DNA of 64,000 bases from Octopus sinensis (GCF_006345805.1 NW_021829832.1:744001-808000), one strand, 5' to 3'. Positions 11,538-24,079 are shown, counted from the first letter of the stretch. Made by a program: numbers and translations. The notes: generated from the sequence alone by a model not told the origin.

Positions 11538-11631
11538 TGCTACCTGATAAATAAAAAATAAGTTAAATTATATATTATTTGTATTAATTATAAAAAATAA
11601 TTAATAAGTAACTAAAAGTTGTTGTGGTTTA

Positions 11632-12857
11632 ATGCGGGTGTCTTTCAATTCGGCACTAAAGTTGTTAAAGTCGAATTATATATGCAAATATGTAAAATAT
11701 ATCCCCTCAATATTCAGCTGAGCACCAATGTGACCCCAATAACTCTAATCCCTGGCGACGGTGTGGGCCACGAGTTGATGAGCAGTGTGAAGGAACTGGT
11801 AAAGTCATTAGGAATCCCCATCAAATTCGAAGAACTACTCCTCAGGTATATCCCTCGGTCATCCCCCAGCGAAGTGACCCCACATTTAAGTGCCTCTGTG
11901 GATACCGTAGTGGACTCAATAACCAGAAACAAAGTAGCCATCAAAGGCATCACCACCAGCAGTTCTCGTTTCAAGACTGACGAACTGGTGACCATAAATG
12001 TACAGCTCAGGTAGTCCGCCTCCCTATTCCAGACGAGGACTGGATCTGTACGCCAATGTGGTGAGGGCCAAGTCAATGCCAGGCCTGCGTAACTCCCGTT
12101 ATAAGGACGTGGACATTATTGTGGTGAGGGAACAGACTGAGGGGGAGTATTCCTGTTTGGAACACCAGGTAGTCCCCAATCCCATATTTTAGGCAGTAAA
12201 AAACGTGGTCGAGTCATTGAAGGTCATAACTGAGCGACAGTCATTAAAGATAGCCCGATTTGCCTTTAAATATGCCCAGCAGAACGGCCGAAGCAAAGTG
12301 ACGGCAGTCCATAAGGCCAACATAATGAAGTTGAGTGACGGGCTATTTCTTAAATGTTGTGAGAGGGTGTCCGAGGAGTACCCTTCCATTCGATTCGACA
12401 GTATGATTGTCGACAACTGCTGTATGCAGATTGTCTCCAAGCCACAGCAATTTGATGTGTTGGTGATGCCCAATTTGTATGGGGCAGTCATCGACAATTT
12501 GGTGGCCGGACTGGTGGGAGGGGCGGGGTTTGTCCCTGGGGAGAGTCACAGTGACACAGTTGCAGTCTATGAGCCGGTTAATAAGGGGGAGTGTATTTCC
12601 AGGGGGCCAGACACTCCTTTGCGACTGGAGTTGGGAGGAATATTGCCAATCCGACTGCTTTGTTTTTGTGTACTGCCAGTATGCTGAGTCATTTGGGGAT
12701 GGAGGAGTATTCGGAGGCGATTTGTGAAGGAGTGAGGGCTGTGATTGGTCGGGGACTTGTGGTTACTCAGGATGCTGGGGGGTATGCTACTACTGTGGAA
12801 TATACGGATGCTGTCATATCCGAGACACTAAGGGCATATGAGAGCTTGTTAGGCTAA
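11632..12857 (+). CDS. IDH3B: NAD-dependent isocitrate dehydrogenase 3 subunit beta (mitochondrial)
   Basis: [56 protein letters not shown]; five GT-AG introns 11692-11717 (26 nt), 11846-11869 (24), 12011-12032 (22), 12169-12192 (24), 12577-12602 (26). Confidence 0.95.
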
Positions 12858-12929
12858 TTTCTTCTAATATTATTAAGTTCATTTTAATTAATAATATTTT
12901 AAAAAATTGAATTGAATAAACTCCCGCCT

Positions 12930-14370
12930 TTATATGGTTGATCAATGTGGTGACGTGGAAGTATGGAGTTATTATTGTACGTAATTAGGGGACAATAATA
13001 TACACTCTCTCACGAAAGTGGGGAATATACAAATTCAACGACGACTGGTGTTTGTTCATCATTATTTAGGCTATATATGGGTACTCATTCCTATCCGGAG
13101 TACACATACATACAGGCCACTAACTTTCATAAAATATCCTTTCATAACGTACTTATATTTTCCTACCTAGAACTTATTCAAAATCTATTTTTCGTGTCCT
13201 TCAAGTTCGGTGACCTTGGCGGAGTCAACTTGCAAGGGGACCCTCCAGGTAAACTCATTTTGGTATAAATTAGAGCGGGAAAGTGCCATTTTTTGATGTT
13301 TTGCACAAAGACAGGGTCGCCGGGGTGAAGGAACTTATTTTATATTTGCATTGCCGGGAAATATTCTTGAAAAAATTTTATCCATCAGTCATAGGGTGGT
13401 TCTTTAGGCCTAAAATGCTGGTTAGTACGGAAAGCACTCTTTTTGTTGATTTTTTGAATTGTTCTTTGTACAAAACGTTATTGGAGAGTCTGGCCAGTAG
13501 TCCTGGGCAAAAACGGTGTCCGTGTGGTCACCCAGTCAGTGTAGTCGTCTTTCTTATGTTGTAGAGTGTGTTTGAACTGAAGTATAAAATTCCATTTTTC
13601 GATGAAATTGGTGATAATTATAACGATCATGTTAATATTTAATTTATTTAAATTTAGTATTTTTTAATTGGGTGTTTGACCTATGAAAATAATACAAATA
13701 GCGTTTTGAACCTTCATCTCCGGGACCAAACTAGTCTGGTGGTTTGTCGTGCTGATTTAACACATGGCAATATAAATGAAATATGTGTACGATTGAGTAG
13801 TCAAATTGTTGCTGTCTCGGGAAAATATGCATTCAAACAGCATTTGAACACAACTGCTCTGCCAAATTCAACCCCAATTGATAGCTGTCCAAGATTCTGT
13901 CGTATCATTGAGATGTACATGGGATATTCTGGGCTATATCTGGTTAAAGTCATAGTGATCTCCGTGTATTCCCTCAGCATTGTCGTCAGAGACTCGTTTT
14001 TGACTATAGAAATGAGGTCTGCCTCATAAGGAATTATTTTGACAGTTTTCTTTTGGATGACGGCACTTCTCCAGCCAAGGGATTTGCGAGTGGTCATGTG
14101 GCGAGGGAAATGCTTTGTCTGAGGACGGAGACGTGGGAGGAATTGACCGATTTGGTGACTAAAAATGGCCCAATCGAAATATCGGCATGATTTGTGGATT
14201 ATATTTGGAAGAGCTACCAACGAGATAACTCGCCAAGTGACATGTCGTACTTGGGGCAGTGTCTTGGCCAGGAAGTAATAGGAAGAAGGTTTGAAATGGT
14301 GGTGAGGCTACCAAAAAAGTCGAGTATTTGGAGTCGTATTCGGGAGGCTGCAGTTTGTGAGATATTTTAG
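12930..14370 (-). CDS. Probable multi-exon gene, unidentified
   Basis: Raised GC, 139-aa ORF 13801-14220 and intron-like GT..AG breaks; no family recognised; ends approximate. Confidence 0.35.
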
Positions 14371-14600
14371 TTCTTTTATATTTTAGCGGAGATTCCTAAA
14401 TGTATTCCAAAACTGAGTTTTAAGATTGAGTCGGTTGATGTGCTTGATTGATATTGTTTCTAAAAATATATTTTTTATAAATATTTATACATGTGTTTAT
14501 TTATATATTTGGATATAATTTTGATAATATTTGATAGATTTAAGATATTAAAGGATAATATGATTACTATGATTTATGATTATCATCGAATTTTGTCCCA

Positions 14601-14606
14601 TATATA
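14601..14606 (+). promoter_or_regulatory. TATA box upstream of tRNA-Sec
   Basis: TATATA about 27 nt upstream of the tRNA-Sec 5' end; animal tRNA-Sec genes use upstream TATA/PSE promoters; the AT-rich flank weakens this. Confidence 0.45.
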
Positions 14607-14627
14607 TTTTTCCTTGCAATTGTGTAT

Positions 14628-14714
14628 GCCTAGCTGATCCTTGGTGGTCCGAGGTACGGGCTTCAAACCCGTGGCCGGTTGACACCGGAGTGGTTCGATT
14701 CCACCTGGTAGGCG
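14628..14714 (+). tRNA. trnU(UCA): tRNA-Sec (anticodon UCA)
   Basis: 87 nt GCCTAGCTGATCCTTGGTGGTCCGAGGTACGGGCTTCAAACCCGTGGCCGGTTGACACCGGAGTGGTTCGATTCCACCTGGTAGGCG; 6-bp D stem, long variable arm, CTTCAAA loop, co-linear with animal tRNA-Sec. Confidence 0.95.
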
Positions 14715-14809
14715 GATTATCCTTATAATGCTTGATTAATTTTCTCGTGTTCCGATAAATATCTTTTGCCGAAAAAAATTATGAAAATTAATACAAATAA
14801 TAGACAGAT

Positions 14810-15373
14810 AACAGCGAGTTGGAGAGGTGGCCGTACTTGAGAATCTTTCGCTCCTCGGCCTGCCTCGAAGCGTGCCCAGGATTGGCGGCGGACAGAGCGA
14901 TATTTCCATGCGAGAACGTGTCCGAACAGGCAGAATCCCAAATAAGGGATTTCCCCTGCTCGTAGGGGAAGGTGGACATGCCGTCAGGGCGTTTGCCATC
15001 CCCTCTATCCAATCCAACAGGTTCAAGGATGGACGGGATGCCTGCTGAAGCGAGGGCTCTCTGATTCGAAAGATTCTCAAGTACGGCCACCTCTCCAACT
15101 TGCTGTTCTTTACTCCAATTGCCGTGGAGTCCTCCGGGATCTTCAGCCCCAAGACACTCCGCTTCCTTCGCTCGCTCGGTCGACGGATTTCAAGGACTAG
15201 CTACGATCCAAGAGAGTATTCTTGGCTCCTGGAACGTCTGTCGATTGCTGTGATCCGAGGGAACGGCTTCGCCATTCGCGAGGCTGGCCGGGTGTCTCGT
15301 GAGGCCTTTAATTAACTTAGCTATCTTTAATTTCTTTCTTGATTAACTAAATTATGACCAGAAAAAAAAATTT
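14810..15373 (+). mobile_element. CRE retrotransposon copy with 5' inversion
   Basis: Minus-strand segment 14810-~15063 (ALASAGIPSILEPVGLDRGDGKRPDG..KILKY) followed by plus-strand 3' end 15067-15370 with A9; TSD ATAGACAGAT at 14800-14809 and 15374-15383. Confidence 0.92.
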
Positions 15374-15819
15374 ATAGACAGATTATTAGAACTAATTTAG
15401 ACAGGCCTGCGAACAAATTGATAAAAATTTTATTTAAGGATGACAAAAAGATCATCCGAAATAACAAGCTGCTCTTTAGAAATTTATGTTTTTAGTTAAA
15501 GTTTTGAAAGTTTAACTCCAATCACAAGATATCAAATGCTTTAATAAGTTTTTGAGTGATATAAATTTAAAGTTTAACTTCAATCACTTGCATAATTCTG
15601 CCGTCATTACTAGAAATCAGTTTTGAACTCAAAAACGGATCTTTAAAACAATTTGGTCTTTAAAACTTGCGTATTTATCTGCAAGAACGTTCTGAGACTA
15701 TTTTATCGTCGACGGACAAATTAAATTCTTTGAAAATGAAAATCAGTTTTTGGAGAAAAAGGTTTTAGATTATTATTATTTTAACCCAAGAATCACCAAC
15801 AGTTAATTAGGGTAATTAA

Positions 15820-16632
15820 TTAGGTGATTCCAACAATCCTCAAAATCTTTCTCAGCTTTTCTTGATGTTGGACTCTGGACCCAACGCAAGTGCGGGACGG
15901 GCGGAGAGCAGTTTTTGTGAGGAATTGTATCGGGGTGATGTGCCTCTTGTTGTTAAAGTCCTTTGGCAGGTGGTCTTGTTGGATGGCTAAGAAACCCTTT
16001 CCATCTTTCTTAATAAGTTGGTCAAGCGGAGTTGGGGTAATGTTGTTCAATTTAGAAATTTTCGTTATGCTAGCTGCGGCTCGGCATAGTGTACTCTCAA
16101 TTTTAAGGCGGTTAGACCATGAGAGATTAGAACCCCAAGCGGCGCAGGCATAGCCAATTGTTGGTTCGATGAATTGTTTGTAGAGAGTGCCGAGAGCCGG
16201 GAACGGTGTCTTTAGTCCACCAAAAATCGATTTGATTAGTCCAATCTTTCTCTGACTGGATCCGGTGGCCTTCTCTAAATGGGCAGTAAAACACATGTGG
16301 GTGTCAAAAGTGACCCCCAGAATTTTAGGGTTCTTAGTGAATGGGATCTTTTCGTTGTCCAGAAAAAGATCAATAGTAAGGCTTCCAAGTCTCTTGTCCG
16401 ACGTAAATAGGGTAGTGGACGATTTTTCGGGGGAGATGTTCATCCTGTTTTGATATAGCCAAGTTCGAATTTGTAATAAGAGATCTTGTGTTCTTTTGGA
16501 AGCTTTCGAGAGGTCTTGGTCACGTGATTCAATGAGTAGGTCGTCAGCGTAGGCGAGAATGATTGAGTCTTCCATTTCAGGGTTAGGAATGTCGGATAGG
16601 TATAAATTGAATAGAGCTTGAGAGAGGGGGGA
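15820..16632 (-). mobile_element. APE-type LINE (I/Jockey group) reverse-transcriptase 3' fragment
   Basis: PLSQALFNLYLSDIP..YADDLLI..NPKILGVTFD..LYKQFIEPTIGYACAAW. Confidence 0.9.
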
Positions 16633-16633
16633 G

Positions 16634-17113
16634 ATGGCGATTATAATATGTTTTCTAATACAAATGGTTAATTTTAATTATGTCTACGACAAAGTTCGGA
16701 ATATTATTACGCTTATCGAAATTGGGATTACTTCTCAGCAATCTTTGAAGCAAGTAGAAGTAGAGAAATTACATAAATATGACCTTTTGGCGAACGAATT
16801 GAAGGTAATCCATAATGCAAAAGTGAATGTCATACCGTTGGTTATTACGTGGGATGGAATAACATCCAGATTCTATAAACACTACCAGAACTCCTTGCAA
16901 GTCCAGGAATTTACGCGAGCTTATATCCAGTCAATCGTGATCAAGAGAACATTGGAAAGCATGCGCCCGGAGTATAAACTCCTTCCTACAGCGGCGAAGC
17001 ATGCAATTAAATCGGACTCGAGAACAATCACAAAAGTGGCCTGCCCTGTAAAATGGATAAGTGTACCCGTCGAAGACACTTGCTCGGGCTCGAAGAGGAG
17101 GAGAATCGACTGA
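16634..17113 (+). mobile_element. R4/Dong-like RLE endonuclease C-terminal fragment
   Basis: ITLIEIGITSQQSLKQVEVEKLHKYDLLANELK..IPLVITWDGI: PD-(D/E)xK pattern of R4-type non-LTR elements, distinct from CRE. Confidence 0.7.
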
Positions 17114-17499
17114 AAGCAGACGCAATAATTAAAAATCAATTTTATCTGGACTTTTCAAATAAATAAATACTATTTTAATTATAATAACGATATAATGATG
17201 ATTCGATACAGGAACTAATTAATGAACATTTGAGAAACATTGATGCTGAAATGCGGGTGGCTTTGTCAACCATTCGACCTGATATTGATGATATATGCAA
17301 CAACAATAATAATTAAGATTTCATTTTCATTATTAATAAAAATTTGGGCATTAAACTACCAATTTTTGTACTTAGTTCTACATATCTTAAAAATTTATTT
17401 TTTTATTTTTAATGTGTGCCGTGTATTATTTTTTTAAGGTTAGTGTGCCGCGAGAATTATTTTTTGAAAAGCTCTGGTCTAGTAGTTTATTGTGTTCGA

Positions 17500-19100
17500 A
17501 TGATCTAATAGCCTGAATGGAAATTTGATTGTGTATCTGTTTGGACATAGTTGATCCGTTTTTCGGGAAAGGTATTTTTAAGAGTGGTCTCAATTGGTCC
17601 GCAAGAGTGGCGATGATATGCCTTTTCTTTTTTCACAGGGGAATTATAATCCACAAATTGATGCCTGACGAAGAGGATCCTGGATTCCCAGTGGATGTGG
17701 TTGATAGGCGTTGATGGAAGACATCCAGTGACTGTATGCAGGCCAGCCTTCTAAAGGCGCTGATGTTTTTTTAAGTTCGTAAGAAATACATTTCAAGACC
17801 AGAATGGGCTGGCATAATTCAGGGATGTTCGAACAAACTGTTTATATACAATTAATAGGCTTTCTATTGCTTGACTGAAAAATTGGTCCGATAAGGCTTT
17901 TAGGCCGTTTAGTTTGCGTTTTACTTTACTGCATGTAAAGTCAATGTGTTGAGAAAAGGTGAGGCATTAGTCAATGATGATCCACAAAATTCTTAAATGT
18001 TTGAGGGTGGGAAGTTTTTTGTTGTGTTATGCAGATCAGGAGTTAAACTTTTACCGTTCAGAAATTGTGCGTGTGCTTGACTAAGTAAAGAATAACTCTT
18101 TCGAGGATTTTTGAAACTACGGAGAGGATAGAGATCAGTCTGAACGATGCAGGTTCACATGGATCCTTGTTTGGTTTGAGGATTGAATGATGATTGATTT
18201 TTTTATTTCATAGGTATTATACCAGAATTTCATAGGTATTATAGACTTTGCTCCGCGGAAACTGCCACTCGATACGCAGTGCGGCGACTTTGAGCTGACC
18301 TCCAGGCTCTTTATTAATTCGTGTATAACTTATTCCCCATTTTAATTAAATATTTCTAAAAACAAAAAAAAAATTTATACCAGAATTTAATGATGAATTC
18401 ATAATGTTTGATAGCGCCTTCAGGCCCCATGGGTCTAAATTCTTTAGGCGGAGGCCATTAGGTCCCCTGGGGCGTGAGTTTTTTGCATTTTTGATCCGCT
18501 CGCAGATTCGACAGGAGGAAATAATAATTAGATCTGATTGTTTTTTCTTGTCAAAGAATGGACTTCGGTTGTGGTTATCTTTGTTCATTTGATTTGGCCA
18601 ATTTTCGCGTAGGTGATGAGAGTGTTTGCTTTTTCGAGGAATGTCTTTTTTTGTGTTTATTGTTTAGACACGATCATGTGACAAGGAAATTTTTTTAGTG
18701 TTTTCAAAACCAACTTGTTTCATTTATTTTCATTGTGCTGAGCAATAAGGTATCCAATTTTTTTGTTTATGCCAGTGAGCCTTGGCTTGCACAATCGATC
18801 GATGCAGCTTTTCTTTTTGAATTGACGTCTCTCTTGAATAAGGTTGATTATTTCTCGGTTTAGGAGAGGCTTTGGTCCTTGAAAAATTTTCTTGGTATGA
18901 ATTTTTTTTAATTTTAGACTCAATGTTTTTGATGCACTATTATTATTAATAAGCACATCGCAAAATAACGTTAGTAAACTTATCTCGCTTGTGCCAACCT
19001 CTCCTGGATGCGTTTTGTTAATTGCTTCCAAGTCCCTCTGTTCCTCGTAGTTTTCTCAGGTGCTCAAGATCGTCTGCTGATTTTAACCCTTTTCTAATTA
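17500..19100 (-). mobile_element. Degenerate APE-type LINE interrupted by a CRE tail
   Basis: PRGPNGL..SNIMNSSLNSGIIPM, ASFRLISILSVVSKILERV, YKQFVRTSLNYASPFW; stops and frameshifts. Confidence 0.8.
18250..18374 (+). mobile_element. CRE 3' tail (subfamily of the 40033 copy) with poly(A)
   Basis: Matches the reverse complement of about 40045-40150; 14-bp TSD TTATACCAGAATTT at 18217-18230 and 18375-18388. Confidence 0.85.
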
Positions 19101-19233
19101 AAGTTAGGTCTTGATGCAGAAGGGTTGCTAGAGTAATTCGTGGTCTTCCTCAGAAGGTCGTTACTCTATTTAAACTTTCTGATGCACCATTAACTACTCA
19201 TTTATTTTAAATTATCAGCACACATCAATCATT

Positions 19234-20160
19234 TTAATCACATATTTTATCTTTATTAATTAAATGTTCCCAGGCTCGCTGAATTTGGTCAGGACTCAAA
19301 TAATGTGACGAGATGATTTGTTTATAATTACAAAAGTTTCCAAAGTATCTCATAGAATTAATTCCATTGTCGTGTATGAGACTGACATCCGTGTTCTTAA
19401 TGCACATACCTGTAATATATATGTACATTTCAACCAGTTATGTAAATGTCCTCAAACTTGATTATATTGGAAGAGTCACAATTTTTGATCACAAAATCCA
19501 AAGTTGCAGATTTAGCCGCATATACAGAACCCTGGCAGTAAGTCGGGAAAAACTGTTCGGGATACTGTTCTACAGAAATGTACCTAATTTATATTCCAAT
19601 AACGTCTCAGTACCACAAAGAGTCAGGTCTACGAATTGGGACAGTTTTAATCATTTCTTTGCAAAGAAAGAAATTTTTTTTGTTGATATTCTCCAACTTT
19701 GAAATGAGCTCTTTTAGGTTGAGGAAGACATCGTCGTCTACTTTGGCCACATATTTCGTGTCGAGGTTACTTCTAAGGCTGGTTTATGGAGAAATACAGT
19801 TTTTTGAATGTCAAATAAGACTTAAGAGCTAAATTGCTATACATTTCTGGAAATTCGGACAAATACAAAATGTCATTATATATTTCGTTTTCTGACAGAA
19901 TTTTTTCTCTCAAACTTGAATCGTGCGCGACCGAAAATATTCTTTTGACCGTAAATGGATAAGCGCTCATGTTTCCCCATGTCTTTCTGATTATTTCTCG
20001 TCGTTTTACGTTGTTGGAGTCTATCAGTAATGTAATAGTAATGACCTGAAATGATTATTAAGGTGATGGAGATTGGCGGCTTGTAGTTTGTATATATAAT
20101 ATAATACAAACAAACAATTATAAAAAATACAGCACATATTTTTTTCTTCTTAAAAATCAT
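19234..20160 (-). CDS. GT31-family beta-1,3-glycosyltransferase (B3GALT-like)
   Basis: N-terminal TM, REIIRKTWG, ENEIYNDIL..EMYSNLALK, YVAKVDDDVFLNL, YPEQFFPTYCQGSVY, FEDIYITG; 25-30 nt introns. Confidence 0.85.
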
Positions 20161-20673
20161 TATTCTAAATAACTGAATATTATATAAACTCAAAACTGCG
20201 ACATATTGTTAACTTATTAAAACTAATAATTAAATCATTAATAAGTTACTTATTTCAATTAATTACTGAGTTGCCAAACAAAACATTAAAAAGCCAAATT
20301 TGAGACTACCAAACAAGAAAGCCGGGGAGCTGAAGCCGGGGAGCTGAGTGGTCTAATATCTACTACTAATCTCACAAGTGCTGCGTTTGATTTCAAGATG
20401 TCTACGCCGGAAGCTTTAATTGAGTTTACGAGTAACGCTGTCATGACATCTCATCAAATATGGATTCCAAAAAGCACTCAATTATTTCAAATTAATTAGA
20501 ATAATAAACTTCTTTGTTCTCTCATCAAAAGCTTTTTTGTGCGGCTTGGGTAAGCAAAACCTCAGTATCCTACGGACCTCTAATTTGGAGTTGGCTTGTT
20601 GTTGCCTTGTAAACAGAAAGCATAAATCACCTCAAAATAAATAAAATTTATTAATCAAGAAAGTAAATAATCG

Positions 20674-22976
20674 TCAACTCCACACATCACAGGAATATCG
20701 CCTTGATTGTCTTAGCTGTCTGAGGTAACTAGACGCCTCTTCCTCGTCCATATTCCCCTCACAGGCGACAATTCTTGTTAGCGTGGAATTGACATCGCGT
20801 GCCATTCCTTTTGCATCCCTGTCCTAGTAAATCCCAGTCCTACCCACACACATATAAATGTGCTTTCTCTTCCTCCAACAACTCCCATAAAACAGTTCGA
20901 CACTCCCACATCAAATGTTGGACATAAATCTTGGTTTTTTGATCCCTGGAAAATGCCACGTGGAGTTCCGTCAGGGTCCCGTCCTCCACCATTTCGGCCA
21001 ACTCGTTTTCATACAAATAATCCTCAGTGGAGTGACGACAGCCGTAAAACAAGAAGGATTTTGCAATTCGGTCTGAAAATTAAAATCCGTCAAACTCTGA
21101 TTCTTTCTCCTGGCTTGTCTCTCCCTCAAAAAACCCATAAAAGGAGCAATTCCAGTCCCCGGCCCGACCATGATTATAGGCAGAGAAGGCCTTTTCGGTA
21201 ATTTAAAGTTTGATCTCCGAATGAAAATTGGCACTGGATTTAGATCTTGGAGTCTTTCCCACATAAATGATGTATTCACGCCTTTGATTCGGTTTCCAGA
21301 ACTTGTGGTGTAGTCCACAAGAACTGCTGTAATCTCGACTGCATTGGGAGAGGTCTGGCCATTAAAAAACACAGAACCCTCGGAATTGAAGATATCGAGT
21401 AAAGACGAGGCCGAAGTCGAGGCAATATCTCACAAACGAGGTCAACTGGGGGTCTCAGAGATGGCAATTCCTCCAAAACTGATACAATTCCTCTTCTATC
21501 AGCCAATATCCATTCGTCATAAAATCCCTAAAAAACCAATTATATATAAACTCAAAAATTCATCTAATTTATTTTATGTTTGATTATTAATTGATTTTAC
21601 TTTAATTGAATGGCCTCCACTATTTTCAATAAGAGAATTGATCACGTGTACATCATTGGAGTCAGTGGCATGTGGACGCAGTAACTGCAGGACCTCTCTT
21701 CGAAGAGGGGAAGTGATGTCAACATAATGTAAAAGTGCTGCTCGGTAGGTGGTCGGGCAGGGAAATGGATTTTTATGTTTTAAATCATCTAAAAACATCA
21801 AGAAATAAAACCCACCATCAATCCCCTCGAGTGTAAAGACCTGATCCAAATCCACATTAAGGATCTCTCCCAGTCTCTTTACCACAGAGGGGTCATTAGT
21901 AGGATAAATTCCAACATGGTCCCCTGCAGTATATCTAAGACAATTGGCACAGTACCCACCTTAACCCAGATCCAGTCAAATCAAAACTTGCAGAGAAGAA
22001 AATCCTATCCCCTCCACGGCCGAGTCTCCGTCTGTCCACAATCCTCCCCATAAAGGGGTTGTAGGAGTCATAAATACTACAATTTGGCCATAACAACCCA
22101 CCCCAGTTTTTCACGAGTAGAAATCTGATGAGTGAAGTGTTCCACGTCGTAGGAGTGCTCGATTAGTCGGAAATGTCTTTTTCTAAGCATATTTATATAA
22201 ATAGCCACATTTCGACTTGTGTGTCGATTAAACCAAAAAGGTCGAAGATCCGTGACATAAGACGAGCTTTCCAATCTATAAAATCTCCTTCAATGCTTCG
22301 AATTGGTGTGTTTTAGTTATACTTGTCATTGCTGTCACCCAAACCCAGTTCAATGACCGGATTTCCCCCAAAAGACTCCAGTTTTTGGTGAACAAACCGA
22401 CCCATTTCATTATAGTAAGTGTAGGAGGAATTTCCACAGCCAAAGACCTGCGGATTTAAATACCTCTAAGGACTCAACCGCATATTTCATTTGGGATAAA
22501 TCATGTTCTCCATCAGTCAAAAACTCGTGTAGATTTCTGGCATTGTCGGTGGGGTCTCCCTCTCCATAAGTGGCCACAATAAACACTGCAAGAAAATGGT
22601 CGATTCTAGAACATTCGAGAAGGCATTCCTGTTTATAATTTACAATAATAATTGACAATATTCCAATCGGAAGGGTCAATTACAAATGGATGACGACCTA
22701 TTTGTTGGAGAGAGTCTGCGAGACAGCGAGCAAAGTATTCACTTGTCCCACTTTCTGAGCCAAATAGAATGGCGGTGTCCTTTGACTGGAAATGTTATAT
22801 GAGGGAGTGCCTTATGTAGCATTGTTTCGATAAACGAGTTGGAAATGGTGGGTTTGGTAGGGATTCTATTAAAGATATGGCAATGTACTAAACACAGGAG
22901 GTGCCTTCCTTCTCAATAAAATTATTAAAATCCAAACGAGTGTTATAATAATCGAGACTTGAAAAAATGACAACAT
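20674..22976 (-). CDS. POR: NADPH-cytochrome P450 reductase
   Basis: N-terminal anchor, [73 protein letters not shown]; many micro-introns including a GC-AG one. Confidence 0.95.
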
Positions 22977-23497
22977 GAATAAAATCGTGCTTCAAAATAT
23001 TTTATGATCAAAATTAATATTTCAAAATATACTTTTTTCCTTTTGTTCTCAATTTTACAAATAAATTATTGATGTTTAAATAAATAATAACTTCCAAAAG
23101 CCTGTTCAGAATGAATCACCAGTTTCCAAACCACGTTGTAGTAGCTCAGTATGATGTTTAATATCACCACGTTATATAAATCGTCGTGGGGTACTTTGTA
23201 TAAAGTTAACCCTATCAAGTTTGGAGTTGTTTAGAAACAAGCAATACGTACTAATTATTCAGGGTTGATGTCGAAAGAGAATGATGGTTTTTTGGGAGTT
23301 CCTGTTGAATTGGCTGTGTAGTTTGTGAGGTTATGAAACGGCAATTTGACTTAGTGTGGTGATGGGTGGACACTGACTGATGCCACTCGAGTACCCCTAA
23401 TAATTAATATAAAATATGTGTTAAATATTAATCAGAATTAATTATGAATAGCACATGATAAAATAATTGTTTTCTGTTCTTGTGTTGAACTCTCCCA

Positions 23498-24079
23498 ATG
23501 GAAAATAGGAACGCAGGAATGTTCAATTTGCCTTCTTATTTGGGAGGAAATATAGCAGGCCATGGACAACAGGACGTCAACACCCCAATAATGTCTCCCT
23601 ACCTCAACGTCAACCCAAGATATCTCAACTACGAGCCAGAATTTATATTTCCCCAAGGAGCTAAACGACAGCGAGGGAGATTGGAAATGTCCTTCTCACA
23701 AATCGGGGGATCGGTCATGGTCGGCGGTGCCTTTGGAGGTGCCAAGGGTCTCATTAGCGGGTTAAATGAAGTAAAAGGTGAGCGCGGGAAAGTTATGAGA
23801 GTAACTATTGTCAACCACGTTGCTAAAATGGGTGCTTCGTATGCTCAGTCTCTTGGCTGTGTGGGTCTTTTGTACAGTTCTCTCGGAACTATTATATCAT
23901 ATGGACGAGACGTGGAGGACTATTGGAATACACTACTTTCTGGGGTCTCAACTGGGCTGCTATTTCGGTCGCCTGGAGGTCTCCGGAGTTCGTTGATTGG
24001 TGGGGCATTTGGTGGTGCTATTTCTCTGATGATGGTGGCCTGCACTCACTTTGATGATATTCGTCGGCGTATATTCTGA
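23498..24079 (+). CDS. TIMM23: Mitochondrial inner-membrane translocase Tim23 (intronless)
   Basis: SPYLNVNPRYL, EFIFP, RGRLEMSFSQIG, NHVAKMGASYAQSLG, TGLLFRSPGG. Confidence 0.93.
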   Translation: MENRNAGMFNLPSYLGGNIAGHGQQDVNTPIMSPYLNVNPRYLNYEPEFIFPQGAKRQRGRLEMSFSQIGGSVMVGGAFGGAKGLISGLNEVKGERGKVMRVTIVNHVAKMGASYAQSLGCVGLLYSSLGTIISYGRDVEDYWNTLLSGVSTGLLFRSPGGLRSSLIGGAFGGAISLMMVACTHFDDIRRRIF

